Positions 40,075 through 56,117 of a DNA stretch of 64,000 nt are shown piece after piece (the first letter of the stretch is position 1; each line of letters starts with the position of its first letter). Source of the stretch: Pristiophorus japonicus (lineage: Eukaryota). The stretch covers positions 11,408,001 through 11,472,000 of the forward strand of contig NC_092008.1 in NCBI RefSeq assembly GCF_044704955.1, in the 5' to 3' direction. The position numbers and the translations under genes were made by a program. The notes below the pieces were generated by a model, which was not told the origin of the DNA, did not search any database, and saw nothing but the letters and a program-made list of their open reading frames with translations.

Positions 40075-43000
40075 AAGAACATAAGAAATAAGAGCAGGAG
40101 TATGCCATTTGGCCCCTCGAGCCTGCTCTGTTATTTAATAGGATCATGGCTGATCCGATCATGGACTCAGCTCCAATGCCCCGCCCGCTCCCCATAAGCC
40201 TTTACTCCCTTATCGCTCAAAAATCTGTCTATCTCCACCTTAAATATATTCAATGACCCAGCCTCCACAGCTCTCTGGGGCAGATAATTCCATAGATGTA
40301 CAACCCTCTGACAGAAAAAATTCCTCCTCATCTCAGTTTTAAATGGGCGGTCCATTATTCTAAGACTAAGTCCCCGGGTTTTGGTTTCCCCTATGAGTAG
40401 AAATATCCTTTCTGCATCTACCTTGTGGAGCCCCCTCATTATTTTATGTTTCAATAAGATCACCTCTCATTCTTCTGAACTCCAATGAGTATAGGCCCAA
40501 CCTACCCAACCTATCTTCATAAGTCAAACCCCTCATCTCTGGAATCAACCTAGTGAACCTTCTCTGAACAGCCTCCAATGCAAGTATATCCTTCCTTAAA
40601 TACGGAGACCAAAACTGTACGCAGTATTCCAGGTGTGGCCTCAACAATACCCTGTACAGTTGTAGCGGAGTTCCTACTTTTATACTCCATCCCCCTTGCA
40701 ATAAAGGTCAACATTCCATTTACCTTCCTGATTACTTGCTGTACCTGCATACTAACCTTGTGTGTTTCATGTACAAGGACCCCCAGGTCCCTCTGTACTG
40801 CAGCACTTTGCAATTTTTCTCCATTTGAATTAAAATTTGCTTTCCTATTATTTCTGCCAAAGTGGATCTGCAACAATATGTCCTAGCGGCAACAAGGGGG
40901 CGAGCCAGAATAGATTTGGTAATGCGCTAGATTTAATTAGCATGAGCCTAATTTGCATGAACATTGATGCAATTGCGATCATCACGTGATTGAGTGCAAT
41001 GCAGCGTTTGAAAGGGAGAAATGCGAAGCAGCTACTTAGATTCTAGATTTAAGTAAGTCCGACTTCAATGGGACGAGGCAGAGACTGCCTGCAGTAAACT
41101 GGGAAAATCTGTCAAAGGATAAAATAACAGGAGATCAGTGGGAGACTTTTTAAAAAAGTATTTAAGGTGATAATAGGTTTATACACCTGAGGGACAAGAG
41201 CTATACTTGCCAACAAAAAGCCCAGGGGCGATCAAGGAGGTGAGGGACAGCATCAAACTAAAAGAAAAAGCAGACAAAAATGAAACAAGTAGCACAGATC
41301 CTGGCGAATGGGAAAGATACAAAGAAAAGCAAAGGATCACAAAACAGATAGTAAGGGCTTCAAAAAGAAACTTGCAAGCGATATCAAGATCAACATGACT
41401 AATTTTTACAATAGGAAAAAGAGGGTAGCCAGGATCAATGTTGGCCCCTTAAAAACATTAACATTGTCAATGATAAGGAAATGGTAGATACGTTGAACAA
41501 TTATTTTGCGTCAGTATTTAGAGACGAAGAAGAGGATCGCACGCCAGAAATCCCAACATACATAATATGGAATAAGAGACAGGGACTCAATAAAACTAAT
41601 GTAAGTAAGATAACAGTAATGAAGAAAATAATGGTACTGAAGAGTGACCAGGTGCTTACCATCCCAGGATTTACACGAAGTAGGTGAGCATACCGCAGAT
41701 GCCCGAACTATAACCTTACATAGAACATAAGAACATAAGAAATAGGAGCAGGAGTAGGCCAGACGGCCCCTCGAGCCTGCTCCGCCATTCAGTATGATCA
41801 TGGCTGAACTGATCATGGACTCAGGTCCACTTCCCTGCCCACTCCACATAATTCCTTATCTCCTTATCAGTTAAGAAATTGTCTATCTCTGTCTTAAGCT
41901 TCAATGACTCAGCTTCCACAGCTCTCTGAGGCAGCGAATTCCACAGATTTACAACCCTCTGAGCGAAGAAATTCCTCCTCATCTTAGTTTTAAATGGGCG
42001 GCCCCTTATTCTAAGATTATGCCCTCTAGTTCTAGTCTCCCCTTCCAAAGTTCTCTCGATTCAGGAATCGTTCCTTTATATTGGAAAATTGCACATGTCA
42101 CTCTCCTATTTAAGATTGGCGAGGGAGAGAAACCAAGGAATTATAGCCCAGTTAGCCTAACATCTGTGGTTGGGAAATTGCTAAAGTCTACAATTAAGGA
42201 TACGGTGACTGAAGACATCGAACATATTGAGTTGATCAGAGAGAGCCAGCGTAGATTTGTGAAATGTAAGTCATGCATGACAAACCTGATGGAATTTTTT
42301 GAAGTGGTGACTCAAGTAATGGACAGGGAAATGTATATTGATGTCTTTATATGGACTTTCAGAAGGTATTTGATAAAGTCCCACATGAGACTGTTATCTA
42401 AGCTAGAAGCCCACAGAATTGTGAGCACATTATTGATGGTTAGGAAACTGGCTGAATGGCAGGAGACAGGCAGTAGGGGTAATGGTTAGGTACTCAAATA
42501 GACAGGATGTGACTAGTGGTGTCCCACAGGGATCTGTGTCAGGGCCTCAACTATCTATTCACAGTAGTTATTGATGACTTGCATGATCCAAATTTGCCGA
42601 TGACGCAAAGATAGGCAGTATTGTAGACGATATACATGAAAGCATAAAATTATGCAGGGATATAGATAGATTAAGTGAATGGGCAGAACTGTGGCAAATG
42701 GATTTCAATGTAAACAAATGTGAGATGATCCACTTTGGACCTAAAATGGACAGAAGGTACTTTCTGAATGGTGAAAAGTTAAACATGGTGGATGTGGAAT
42801 GAGACTTGGGGGTTCAGGTATATAGATCATTAAAATGTCAAAACAGGTACAGAAAATAATCAAAAAAGCTAATAGAATGCTGGCCTTTATATCTAGCAGA
42901 TTAGAATACAAGGGGGTAGAAGTTATGCCGCAGCTGTACAAAGCCCTGGTTAGACAACACCTGGAGCACTGTGAGCAGTTCTGGGCACGACACCTTAGGG

Positions 43001-43520
43001 AGGATATATTGGTCTTGGAGAGATTGTGGCATTGATTTACCAGAATGATACCCATACGTCAAGGGTTAAGTTAAAAGGAGAGCTTACACAAATTATGGTT
43101 GTATTCCTTATTTAGAAGTTAAGTTATGATTTGATCGACGTTTTCAAACATTAAGGGGAACGGATAGGGTAGATAGAGAGAACTTCTTTTCGCTGGTTGG
43201 GGATTCTAGGACTAGGCGGGCACAGTCTAAAAATGAAAGACAGAAGTTTCAGGAGTGTATTTAGGAAACACTTTTAAACACAAAGGATGGTAGAAGTTTG
43301 GAACACTCTTCAGCAAATGGCAATTGGTGCTAGATAAATTGTTAATTTTAAATCGGAGATTGATAGCTTTTTGTTAACCAAAGGTGTTAAGGGATATGGG
43401 CCAACGCCAGGTAGAGGAAGTTAGGTCGCAGATCAGCATCCTCTCATTCAATGGTGGGCCAGGCTCGAGGGGCTGAATGGCCTAATCCTGTTTCTATGCA
43501 TTTATGACCCTATGTTCCTA
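40075..43520. mobile_element. CR1 fragments (40075-40865 minus; old plus-strand copy 41020-43520 interrupted by a minus-strand 3' end at 41720-42040)
   Basis: RT motifs NYSPVSLTSVVGK, GVPQGSVSGP and FADD; CR1 tails. Confidence 0.85.
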
Positions 43521-43939
43521 TGATGCATGGTGATCTGAGAGAACGGGAGCTGAGAGTTCAGGTTTGATAGAAGTGGATTTGACAGATGGGATCTCAGAGA
43601 TAATGCTGCGATAGATGGCTGTCCCACAGATGATCGAATAGATGTTGGTCTAATACATAGAGTCAGATAGGCGGGAATGATAGTTGGGGTCTGATGGTTG
43701 ATTCTGATGATCGGGTTTCATTAACAGGGGTCTGAATGATGGGGTCTTATCGATGGGGCCTTGAGATGGGGGTCTAATTGATAATGTTAGTTTAATTTCC
43801 AACTAAATGTTGTTTAATTTACAGTTTAATTCTTGTTCCCCTTTAACAAGGGGTCGCTTGACACCTTTGAATTGAGGATGATACAATTATCGTGAGCTAA
43901 CCAACTTAAGACAGACAAAGACAGTCTCACTTGTTGCCC

Positions 43940-44172
43940 ATGGCTCCCATAACCAATTGTTGCGGACACTTGGTCCCGCCCCTTTGCACAAAGCAACCAA
44001 TCCGCGCTGAGCAGCGTCGTGACTTACTTGTTCATTTTGCTCCGAGCAACCGGAGCCCTTTGTGCTCAGGAACCAATCAGAGCCGGATTTGCCTCAATGG
44101 GATGCGGTATAAATAGCGCGGGCGGCCACATACGCACCACATGCTCAGGAGCCGCGAGATTAGAAGGACATT
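43940..44172 (+). promoter_or_regulatory. Tubulin copy 2 promoter and 5' UTR
   Basis: CCAAT at 43953-43957, 43997-44001 and 44073-44077; GC box at 43975-43982; TATAAATA at 44108-44115. Confidence 0.85.
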
Positions 44173-47448
<3,276 letters not shown>

Positions 47449-47571
47449 GCTTTATTAATTAAAAAGTGAAAAGCGTTTTTATTAAATTTCACATTTATGT
47501 TACAAAACGACTTACTAATTAAGAATGTAAAAAAGTAGTTTAACATTGATGTTACTAATTATGATCAAGAA

Positions 47572-47577
47572 AATAAA
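47572..47577 (+). terminator. Polyadenylation signal of tubulin copy 2
   Basis: AATAAA ~125 nt after the stop, followed by GT-rich sequence. Confidence 0.65.
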
Positions 47578-47664
47578 TGTATTTGATAAATCATTTTGGT
47601 GATGTGTTGGTTTATCAGCCAAGAATGCACAAGAGGTTGGGAAACTCGATGAGAAAGGCGTCAG

Positions 47665-49134
47665 ATTTAATGGTTCCTCTAATCATAGCGGATTGGAAAA
47701 CTGCAAATGTAACGGCACTATTTAAAAAAAAAAAGAGGCAGACAGAAAGCAGGAAACTACAGACCAGTTAGCCTAACATCTGTGGTTGGGAAAATACTGG
47801 AGTCCATTATTAAGGAAGCAGTAGCAGGACATATGGAAAAGCATAATTCAATCAAACAGAGTCAGCATGATTTTATGAAAGGGAAATTATGTTTGACAAA
47901 TTTGCTGGAGTTCTTTGAGGATGGAGCAAGCAGGGTGGTATAAGGGGAAACCTGTGGATGTGGTGTATTTGGATTTCCAGAAGACATTCGATAATGTGCC
48001 ACATAAAAGATTACTGCACAAGATACAAGTTCACGGAGTTGATCATGGATATTATCATGGATAGAGAATTGGCTAACTAGCAGAAAACAGAGAGTCAGGA
48101 TAAATGGGTCATTATCGTTTGTCAAACAGTGACTGGTGGGGTGCCGCAGGGATTGGTGCTGGTGCGACAACTATTTATAATCTATATTAATGACGTGGAT
48201 GAAGGGACCGAGTCCAATGTAGCCAAGTTTGCTGATGATACAAAGATGGATGAGAAAGCAAATTGTGAAGAGGACACAAATAACCTTCAAAGGGATATAG
48301 ACAGGCTAAGTGAGTGGGCAAAATGTGGTAGATGGAGTATAATGTGGGAAAATGTGAGGTTAACCACTTTGGCAGAAAAAATGGAAAAGCAAATTATAAT
48401 TTAAATAGAGAAAAATTGCTAGGTGATGCAATACAAAGTGACCTGGGGGTCATTGTGCATGAAACACACAAAGTACAGCAAGTGGTCAGGAAGGCAAATG
48501 GAATGTTGGCCTTTATTGCAAGTGAGATGGAGTATAAAAGCAGAGTAGTCTTGCTACAGCTGTACAGAGTATTGGTGAGGCCACATCTATGCTATGTAGA
48601 GTTTTGGTCTCAATATTTAAGGAAGGAAATCTATACTTGCATTGGGGGCTGTTCAGAGAAGGTTTACTAGGTTGATTCCGGAGATGAGGGGTTTGACTTA
48701 TGAAGATAGGTTGAGTAGGTTAGGCTTATACTCATTGGCGTTCAGAAGAATGAGAGGTGATCTTATCAAAACATACAAGATAAGGACGGGGCTTGACAAG
48801 GTGGATGCAGAGAGGATGTTTTCACACATAAGGGAAACTAAAACTAGGGGACAGTCTTAGAATAAGAGGCCACCCATTTAAAACTGAGATGAGGAGGAAT
48901 TTCTTCTCTGGGTTAGAAACCCGTGGAATTTTCTTCCCCCAGAGAGCTATTGAGGCTGGGTCATTGAAGGTGGAGATAGACAGATTTTTGAGCGATAAGG
49001 GTTATGGGGAGCAGACGGGGAAATGGAGTTGAGTCCATGATCAGATCAGGTATGATCTTATTGAATGACAGAGCAGGCTCAAGGTGTCAAATGGCCGACT
49101 CCTGCTCCTATTTCTTATGTTTCTTATTTTCTTA
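47665..49134 (+). mobile_element. CR1-clade LINE RT and 3' end, decayed
   Basis: [23 protein letters not shown] and a (ttcttat)n tail. Confidence 0.88.
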
Positions 49135-49778
49135 TGTAACAAAACTAATTACAAAGGTATTTGAACTATAGTCAGTCTAGAGAGACATAAAATAAGGCAG
49201 ATCATTGGAGTTAAGATACCCATCTGATAGATTAAAGTGAGATAGTCTGGGCATCATCTAACACTAGAGAGCCAGTTTGAAATGGGCCCTTGGTACCAGA
49301 CCGGGCACTGCTTGTTCGGAGTATAAGGGATAAGGCTAATTCTAGTGAAGTAAAATAATGTAGAACATGAACAAAGTAGAGTTGATTGAAAATTACTGGA
49401 GGCAGGGGTGGCCAAGATACGACCTCGGGTCTGAGTGATAGCGGTACTTTGACCCCTAGAACCAATTAAAAAGGGTGATTTTGTTAAAGACCATATATTG
49501 ACACTGGCCAAGCGAACCTTTGGTAAGAAATTGGTTAAAACAGCGATAATCAAAGAATACCTTCACACAGAAACTGCTGGAGTAGCAATGGACAGATTGA
49601 AGATAACATCGACTGTGTCCGTAAGTTGCCAAAGGCATAGGACTGCGATCTTTCATTCAGTTAACACCTTTTGTTAAGTATACTACTGCTGTAAGCTGAA
49701 TAAACCTTGATCCATTGCACAAAACATACTGACTGCTACCTACAGGTGTCTTGTCCAAGAACCCTTAAAAGTTCTACA
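49135..49778 (+). mobile_element. Candidate solo LTR (~644 bp)
   Basis: TGTA…TACA termini, CCAAT near 49462, AATAAA at 49699-49704, no coding similarity; TSD ambiguous. Confidence 0.4.
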
Positions 49779-49904
49779 TTATCCACATGGATTCTGGTTC
49801 TGTCTTGCTAAACCTGCGTCACTTTTTTTTCTACCATCATTATGTTATCCCTAATAAGTACAGGTACTCCACCTCCCACTTTCCCTTCTCTATCTTTTAT
49901 AAAT

Positions 49905-51190
49905 ATCACGTGGCGTGAATCGGATTAGCTGAAGACTGGCTTCTGTGACGGTGGGGACCTCAGGAGGAGGCCGATATAGATCGTGCACTCGGCACTTCTG
50001 GCTCAAGATGGTTGCAAACGCTTCAGCCGTGCATTTTCACTCTTGTGCTGGGCTCCGCCATCATTGCAGATGGGGATATTCATGGAGCCTCCTCCTCCTA
50101 TTAGTTGTTTAATGGTCCACCACCATTCACGTCTGGATGTGGCAGGGCTGAAGAGCTTTGGTCTGATCCGTTGGTTGTGGGATCGCTGAGCTCTGTCTAT
50201 ACCATGCTGCTTCCGCTGTTTAGCATGCAGGTAGTCCTGTGTTGTAGCTCCCCCAGGTTGGCATCTCATGATTAGGTACACGTGGTGCTGCTCCTGGCAT
50301 GCTCTTGTACACACTTCATTGAATCAGGGTTGGTCCCCTGGCTTAATGGTAATGGTAGAGTGAGGGATAGGCCGGGCCATGTGATTACAGATGGTGGTAG
50401 AATACAATTCTGCTGCTACTGATGGCTCACAGCGCCTCATGGATGCCTGGTTTTGAGCTGCTAGATCTGTTCTGAGTCTATCCCATTTAGCCCAATGGTA
50501 GTGCCACACAACACGCTGGAGGGTGTCCTCAGTGTGAAGACGGGACTTCGTCTCCACAATGAATGTGCGGTGGTCACTGCTACTAATGCTCTCATGGATA
50601 GATGCATCTGCTACAGGTAGATTGCTGAGGATGAGGTCAAGTAGGTTTTTCCCTCATGTTGGTTCTCTCACCATCTGCCGCAGGCCCAGTCTGGCAGCTA
50701 TGTCCTTCAGGACTCAGCCAGTTCGGTCAGTGGTGGTACTACCGAGCCACTCCTGGTGATGGATATTGAAGTACCCACCCAAAGTACATTCTGTGCCCTT
50801 GCTAACCTCAGTGATTCTTCCAAGTGGTGTTCAACATGGATGAGTACTGATTCATCAACTGAGGGAGGGCGGTAGGTGGTAATCAGCAGGAGATTTCCTT
50901 GCCCCTGCTGGACCTGAAGAGATGAGACATCACGGGGTATGGAGTCAATGTTGAGGACTCCCAAGGCCATTCCCTCCCATCTATACACCACTGTCCTGCC
51001 GCCTCTGGTGGGTCTGTCCTGCCGGTGGGACAGGACATACCCAGGGATGGTGATGGAGGAGTCTGTGACATTGTCCTAAAGGTATGATTCTGTGACTTTG
51101 AATTTGTTAGGTTGTTGCTTGATTAGGGTGTGGGGCTGCTCTGCAAATTTTGAAAGGAGTCCCCAAATGTTAGTAAGGAGGACTTTGCAG
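49905..51190 (-). mobile_element. LINE fragment, APE endonuclease region
   Basis: LLLITTYRPPS, VWHYHWAKWDRLRTDL and EWWWTIKQL; same family as 37880-39520. Confidence 0.8.
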
Positions 51191-53780
51191 GAGTCTGATA
51201 GATGGCATCTGATAAATAAGGGGTTGATAGCGGGGAATCTGGTATATGGGAAGGTGATAGATGGGGGTCTGATTGATGCAGGTCTGATAGATGTGGATCT
51301 GATAGTTGGGTTCTGACAGACGCGAGACCGATAATAGGGACCTGACACACGGCGGACTGAGAGATGGGGCTGAAACATGGGGATCCAACAACTTGGGTAT
51401 GTAAGGTGTGGGCCTTACAGATCTGGATCTGATTGATGTGGGTCTGAATTATGGGGGCTTGACAGCTGACGGTCTGATGGATGGGGACCTGATAGATTGT
51501 AGGAGACAGATGTGGCAATCGAATAATAGAATCATATCAATTTACAGCACATCTGTAAAAGGAACTATCCAGCCTAATCCCACTTTCCAGCTCTAGGTCC
51601 ATAGCCCTGTCGGTTATGCCACTTCAGGTGCAGATCCAAGTACTTTTTAAATGTGGTGAGGGTTTCTGCCTCTACCACCCTTTCAGGCAGTGAGTTCCAG
51701 ACCACAAGCACCCTCTGGGTGAAAAAGGACTCCTCAATTCCCCTCTAATCCTTCCACCAATTACTTTAAATCTCTGCCCATTGGTTATTGACCTCTCTGC
51801 TCGGGGAAATAGGTCTTTCCTATCTATTCTCTCTAGGCCCCTCATAATTTTATACACCTCAATTAAGTTTCCCCTCAGCCTCCTCTCTCCAAAGAAAACA
51901 GAGGTATGATAGATGTGCATCTGATAGATGGCATCTGTGCACTGTGGGTCCGACCTGATAGATTGTGTCAGACAGATGTGGATATGGTAGATACAGGTCT
52001 GATAGATGGGGATCTGATTGGTGAGCTGCTTAGATGGAGATCCGATAGATGGGGTTCTGTTCAATGGCTTCTAACAAATTCAGGGCTGATTTCTGGGTCT
52101 GACAGACGAGGGTCTGATAGATGGTTGTCCAATGGATGGAGATTTCAGATCTAGTTCTGATACAAATGGATCTGATGGAAGAGGGCCTGAGAGATGAGGA
52201 TCTGATGAATGGCGATCTAACAGCTGTGGGTCTGAGATGGAGTTTGGTGTCTGATAGATGCGAATGTGCTAGATGGTGTCTGATAGATGTGGGCCTGATA
52301 TACGAGGTTCTGATTGATGGGGGTCTGACAGATGGGGTCTGACAGATCAGGATATGGTGGATTGGGATCAGACAGATAGGGGTTGACAGAGGGGGGTCTG
52401 ATAGAAGGGGATCTGGTAGATGGGAAATGGAAAGTTGCAGGTCTGACATTTGCAGATCTGAAAGATGGCATCTGGTAGATGGGTATCTGACCGATGGGGG
52501 TCTGGTTGACAGGGGGTCTGACTGATGGGTGTCTGATTGACAGGGGATCCGACAGATGGGTGTCTGATTGATGGGGCGTTTGACTGATGGGGGTCTGATT
52601 GACAGGGGGTCCGACTGATGGGTGTCTGATTGACAGGGGGTCTGACTGATGGGTGTCTGATTGACAGGGGGTCTGACTGATGGGTGTCTGATTGACAGGG
52701 GGTCTGACAGATGGTTGTCTGATTGACGGGGCATCTGACTGATGGGTGTTGTTGACGGGGGGCTCTGACAGATGGGTGTCTGGTTGACGGGGGGTCCGAC
52801 TGATGAGTGTCTGATTGACGGGGGGTCCGACTGATGGGGGTCTGGTTGACAGGGGGTCTGACCGATAGGGGTCTGATTGACGGGGGGGGGGTCCGACTGA
52901 TGGGGGTCTGGTTGACAGGGGGTCTGACCGATAGAGGTCTGATTGACGGGGGGGGGGGTCCGACTGATGGGGGTCTGGTTGACAGGGGGTCTGACTGATG
53001 GGTGTCTGATTGATGGGGGATCTGACCGATGGGGGTCTGATTGATGGGGGTCTGATTGACGGGGGATCTGACCGATGGGGGTCTGATTGACAGGTGGTCT
53101 GACTGATGGGTGTCTGATTGATGGGGAATCTGACCGATGGGGGTCTGATTGACAGGGGGTCTGACCGATAGGTGTCTGGTTGACGGGGGGTCTGATTGAT
53201 GGGTGTTGTTGACGGGGAGTCCGACTGATGAGTGTCTGCTTGACGGGGGGGTCCGACTGATGGGGGTCTGCTTGACGGGGGCTCTGGTAGATGGGGGTCT
53301 GGTAGATGTGCATCCGATAGATGGTGCCTGACAGGCGTGGTGCAAATGCATGGGGATCTGATACATGACGGCCTGATAGATTTGGGCCTGACAGAGCCAC
53401 TTCAAATAGAACGAATGACTGTGTGTACAGACTTATGAAAAGTTCCCCAAATATTCAATGGGACCCCCATCAATCAGAGCTGCATCAATCAGCCCCCATC
53501 TATCAGATCTCCATCTATAATACCCATTCTGAGACCTCAACTGTCTGCCTCCGTTCCATCAGACCATCATCCATCACACTCTCGTCTTTCAGAGCCCAAT
53601 AATTCAGACCCACATCTGTCAGACCTCATCTATCACATCTCCATCTATCATACCAACATCTCTTAGGCCAGCATCTATTGTACCCGTATCTTTCAGGCCC
53701 CATCAATCAGATCCCCATGTATGATATCCACATCTTTCAGGCATCTCCTATGAAATACCCAAGTCTGACTCTATCTATTA
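51190..53780. repeat. 15-bp-family satellite tract; young ~31-bp dimer array at 52480-53290; strand switch near 53400-53460; CR1 3' piece at 51530-51905
   Basis: Unit gatgggtgtctgattgacagggggtctgact read directly. Confidence 0.92.
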
Positions 53781-53789
53781 GCTCAATAT

Positions 53790-55670
53790 AGAAATTTAGA
53801 AACATGGAAACTTACAGCACAGAAGGAGGCCATTTCGGCCTTGCAGATTACAACACTTTAAGTGCCCATCCAACCATCTATTAAATGTGATCAGGTTTTC
53901 TGCATCCACCACTCTTCCAGGCAGTGAGTTCCAGATCCCCACAACCTTCTGCGTAAAGAAGCCCCCCTCAAATCCCCTTTAAACCTTCCACCAACCACCT
54001 TAAAACCACTGGTAATAGACCCCACCACCAATAGAAATAGACCCTTGCTAGCCACTATATGCAAGCACCTCAATATTTTGTACACCTCAATGAGGTCTCC
54101 TCTCAACCTCCTCTGTTCCAATGAGAACAAACCCACCCTATCCAATCTGTCCTCATAACTAAGATTCTCCATTCCAGGCAGCACCCTAGAAAATCTCCGC
54201 TGCATCCTCTCTATGCAATCACGTCCTTCCTATAATAGGGTGACCAGAACTGCATGCAGTACTCCAGCTGTGGCCTAACCAAAGTATTAAACAATTGAAG
54301 CATAACCTCCCTGCTCTTATCTTCTATGCCTCAGCCAATAAAGGCAAGCATTCCGTATCCCTTCTTGACCACCTTACCTACCTAGCATGCTATCTTCAGG
54401 GATCTGTGGACAAGGTCCCTTTGTACATCTACACTATTAAGTGGCCTACCACTTAATATGTATACCCTTTCCTTATTAGCCCTCCCAAAGAGCATCACCT
54501 CACACTTCTCTGAATTAAATTCCATTTGGCACTGCTCTGCCCACCTGACCAGTAGATTGACATCCTCCTGCAGCCCATGACTTTCCTCTTCATTATCAAC
54601 CACACGGCCAATTTTAGTGTTGTCTGCAAACTTCTTAATCATACTCCCGATATTCAAATCTAAATCGTTGATATATACCACAAAAAGCAAGGGACCCAAT
54701 ACTTAGCTCTACAGAACCCCACTGGAAACATCCTTCTAGTCACAAAAACATCCATCAACCATTATCCTTTGCTTCCTACCTCTATGCCAATTTTGGATCC
54801 AATTTGCCAGTTTGCCCTGGATCCCATGAGCTTTAACCTTCATGACCAGTCTACCATATGGGACCTTATCAAAAGCCTTGCTAAAGTCCATATATACTAC
54901 ATCGTGCGCACTACCCTCATCGATCCTCTTGGTTACCTCCTCAAAAAATTCAATCAGCTTAGTCAGACAAGATCTTTCCTTAACAAATCCGTACCAACTG
55001 TCCCTACTAAATGCTTGCCTTTCCAAATGTAGATTTATCCTGTCTTTCAGGATTTTTCCAACAATTTTCCCAGCACTGAGGTTAGGCCGACAGGCCTGTA
55101 TTACTTGGCCTATCCCTTTTTCTCTTCTGAAGCAAGGGTACTACATTAGCAGTCCTCCAATCCTCTGGCACCATGCCCAAATCCAAAGAGGACGAGAAAA
55201 TGATGGTCAAGGCCTCTGCTATTTCCTCTTTTACTTCGTTCAACAGCCTGGGATGCATTTCACCGGGCCTGGGGACTTATCTACTTTCAAAGCTGCTAAG
55301 CCCCTTTATACTTCCTCTCTCACTATGTTTATTTCATCCAGAATACCACACGCCTCCTCGATAGCAGTATTTGCATTGCCCCTTTCCTTTGTGAAAATAG
55401 ATGCAAATTATTCATTAAGAACCCTCCCAACATCTTCCGCCTCCACAAAAAGATTCTGCTTTCTTTAGTTACCATCTTACTCTTAATATATTTATGGAAC
55501 ATCTTTGGGGTTTCCTTAATTTTACTAGCGAAAAATGTGTAATGCTCTTTCTTAGCATTCCTAATATCATTTTTAATTTTGCCTCTTAACTTTCTATATT
55601 CCTCCAAAGATTCAATAGTATTTAGCCGTTGATATATGACATAAGCTTCCCTTTTTTTCTTTATCCTCCC
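53790..55670 (-). mobile_element. CR1-clade LINE RT and 3' end
   Basis: YMDFSKAFDKVP, GPLLFVVYINDL, KFADNTK and LEQRRLRGDLIEV. Confidence 0.88.
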
Positions 55671-56117
55671 CTAGACACATATATATATAGACATATATAT
55701 GCGAAATCCATCTATCAGACATCATTTAAGGCACACCCATCTATCAGAACGGAATCAGTCAACCCTATCCATCAGACCCCCATCTATTTGATCCACATCT
55801 AACAGAACCACACCAATCGAATCATTTTAATATGCAAGTACAGCAAGTAATTAGGAAGGCAAATGGAATGTTGGCCTTAATTGCAAAAGGGATGAAGCAT
55901 AAAAGTAAGCAGTCCTGCTACAACTGTACTTAATATTGGTGAGACCACACTTGGAGTCCTGCATACAGTTTTGGCCTCCTTATTTAAGGAGGGATATACT
56001 TGCACTGGAGGCAATTGAGCGAAGGTTCACAAGGTTGATTCCTGAGATGAAGGGGTTGTCTTATGAAGAAAGGTTGAGCAGGTTGGGCCTGTACTCATTG
56101 AAGTTTAGAAGAATGGT

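Noticed and set aside
40870-41020. Short non-LINE segment containing an octamer-like ATTTGCAT
   Set aside because: A single motif with no terminal repeats or other support; could not be classified.
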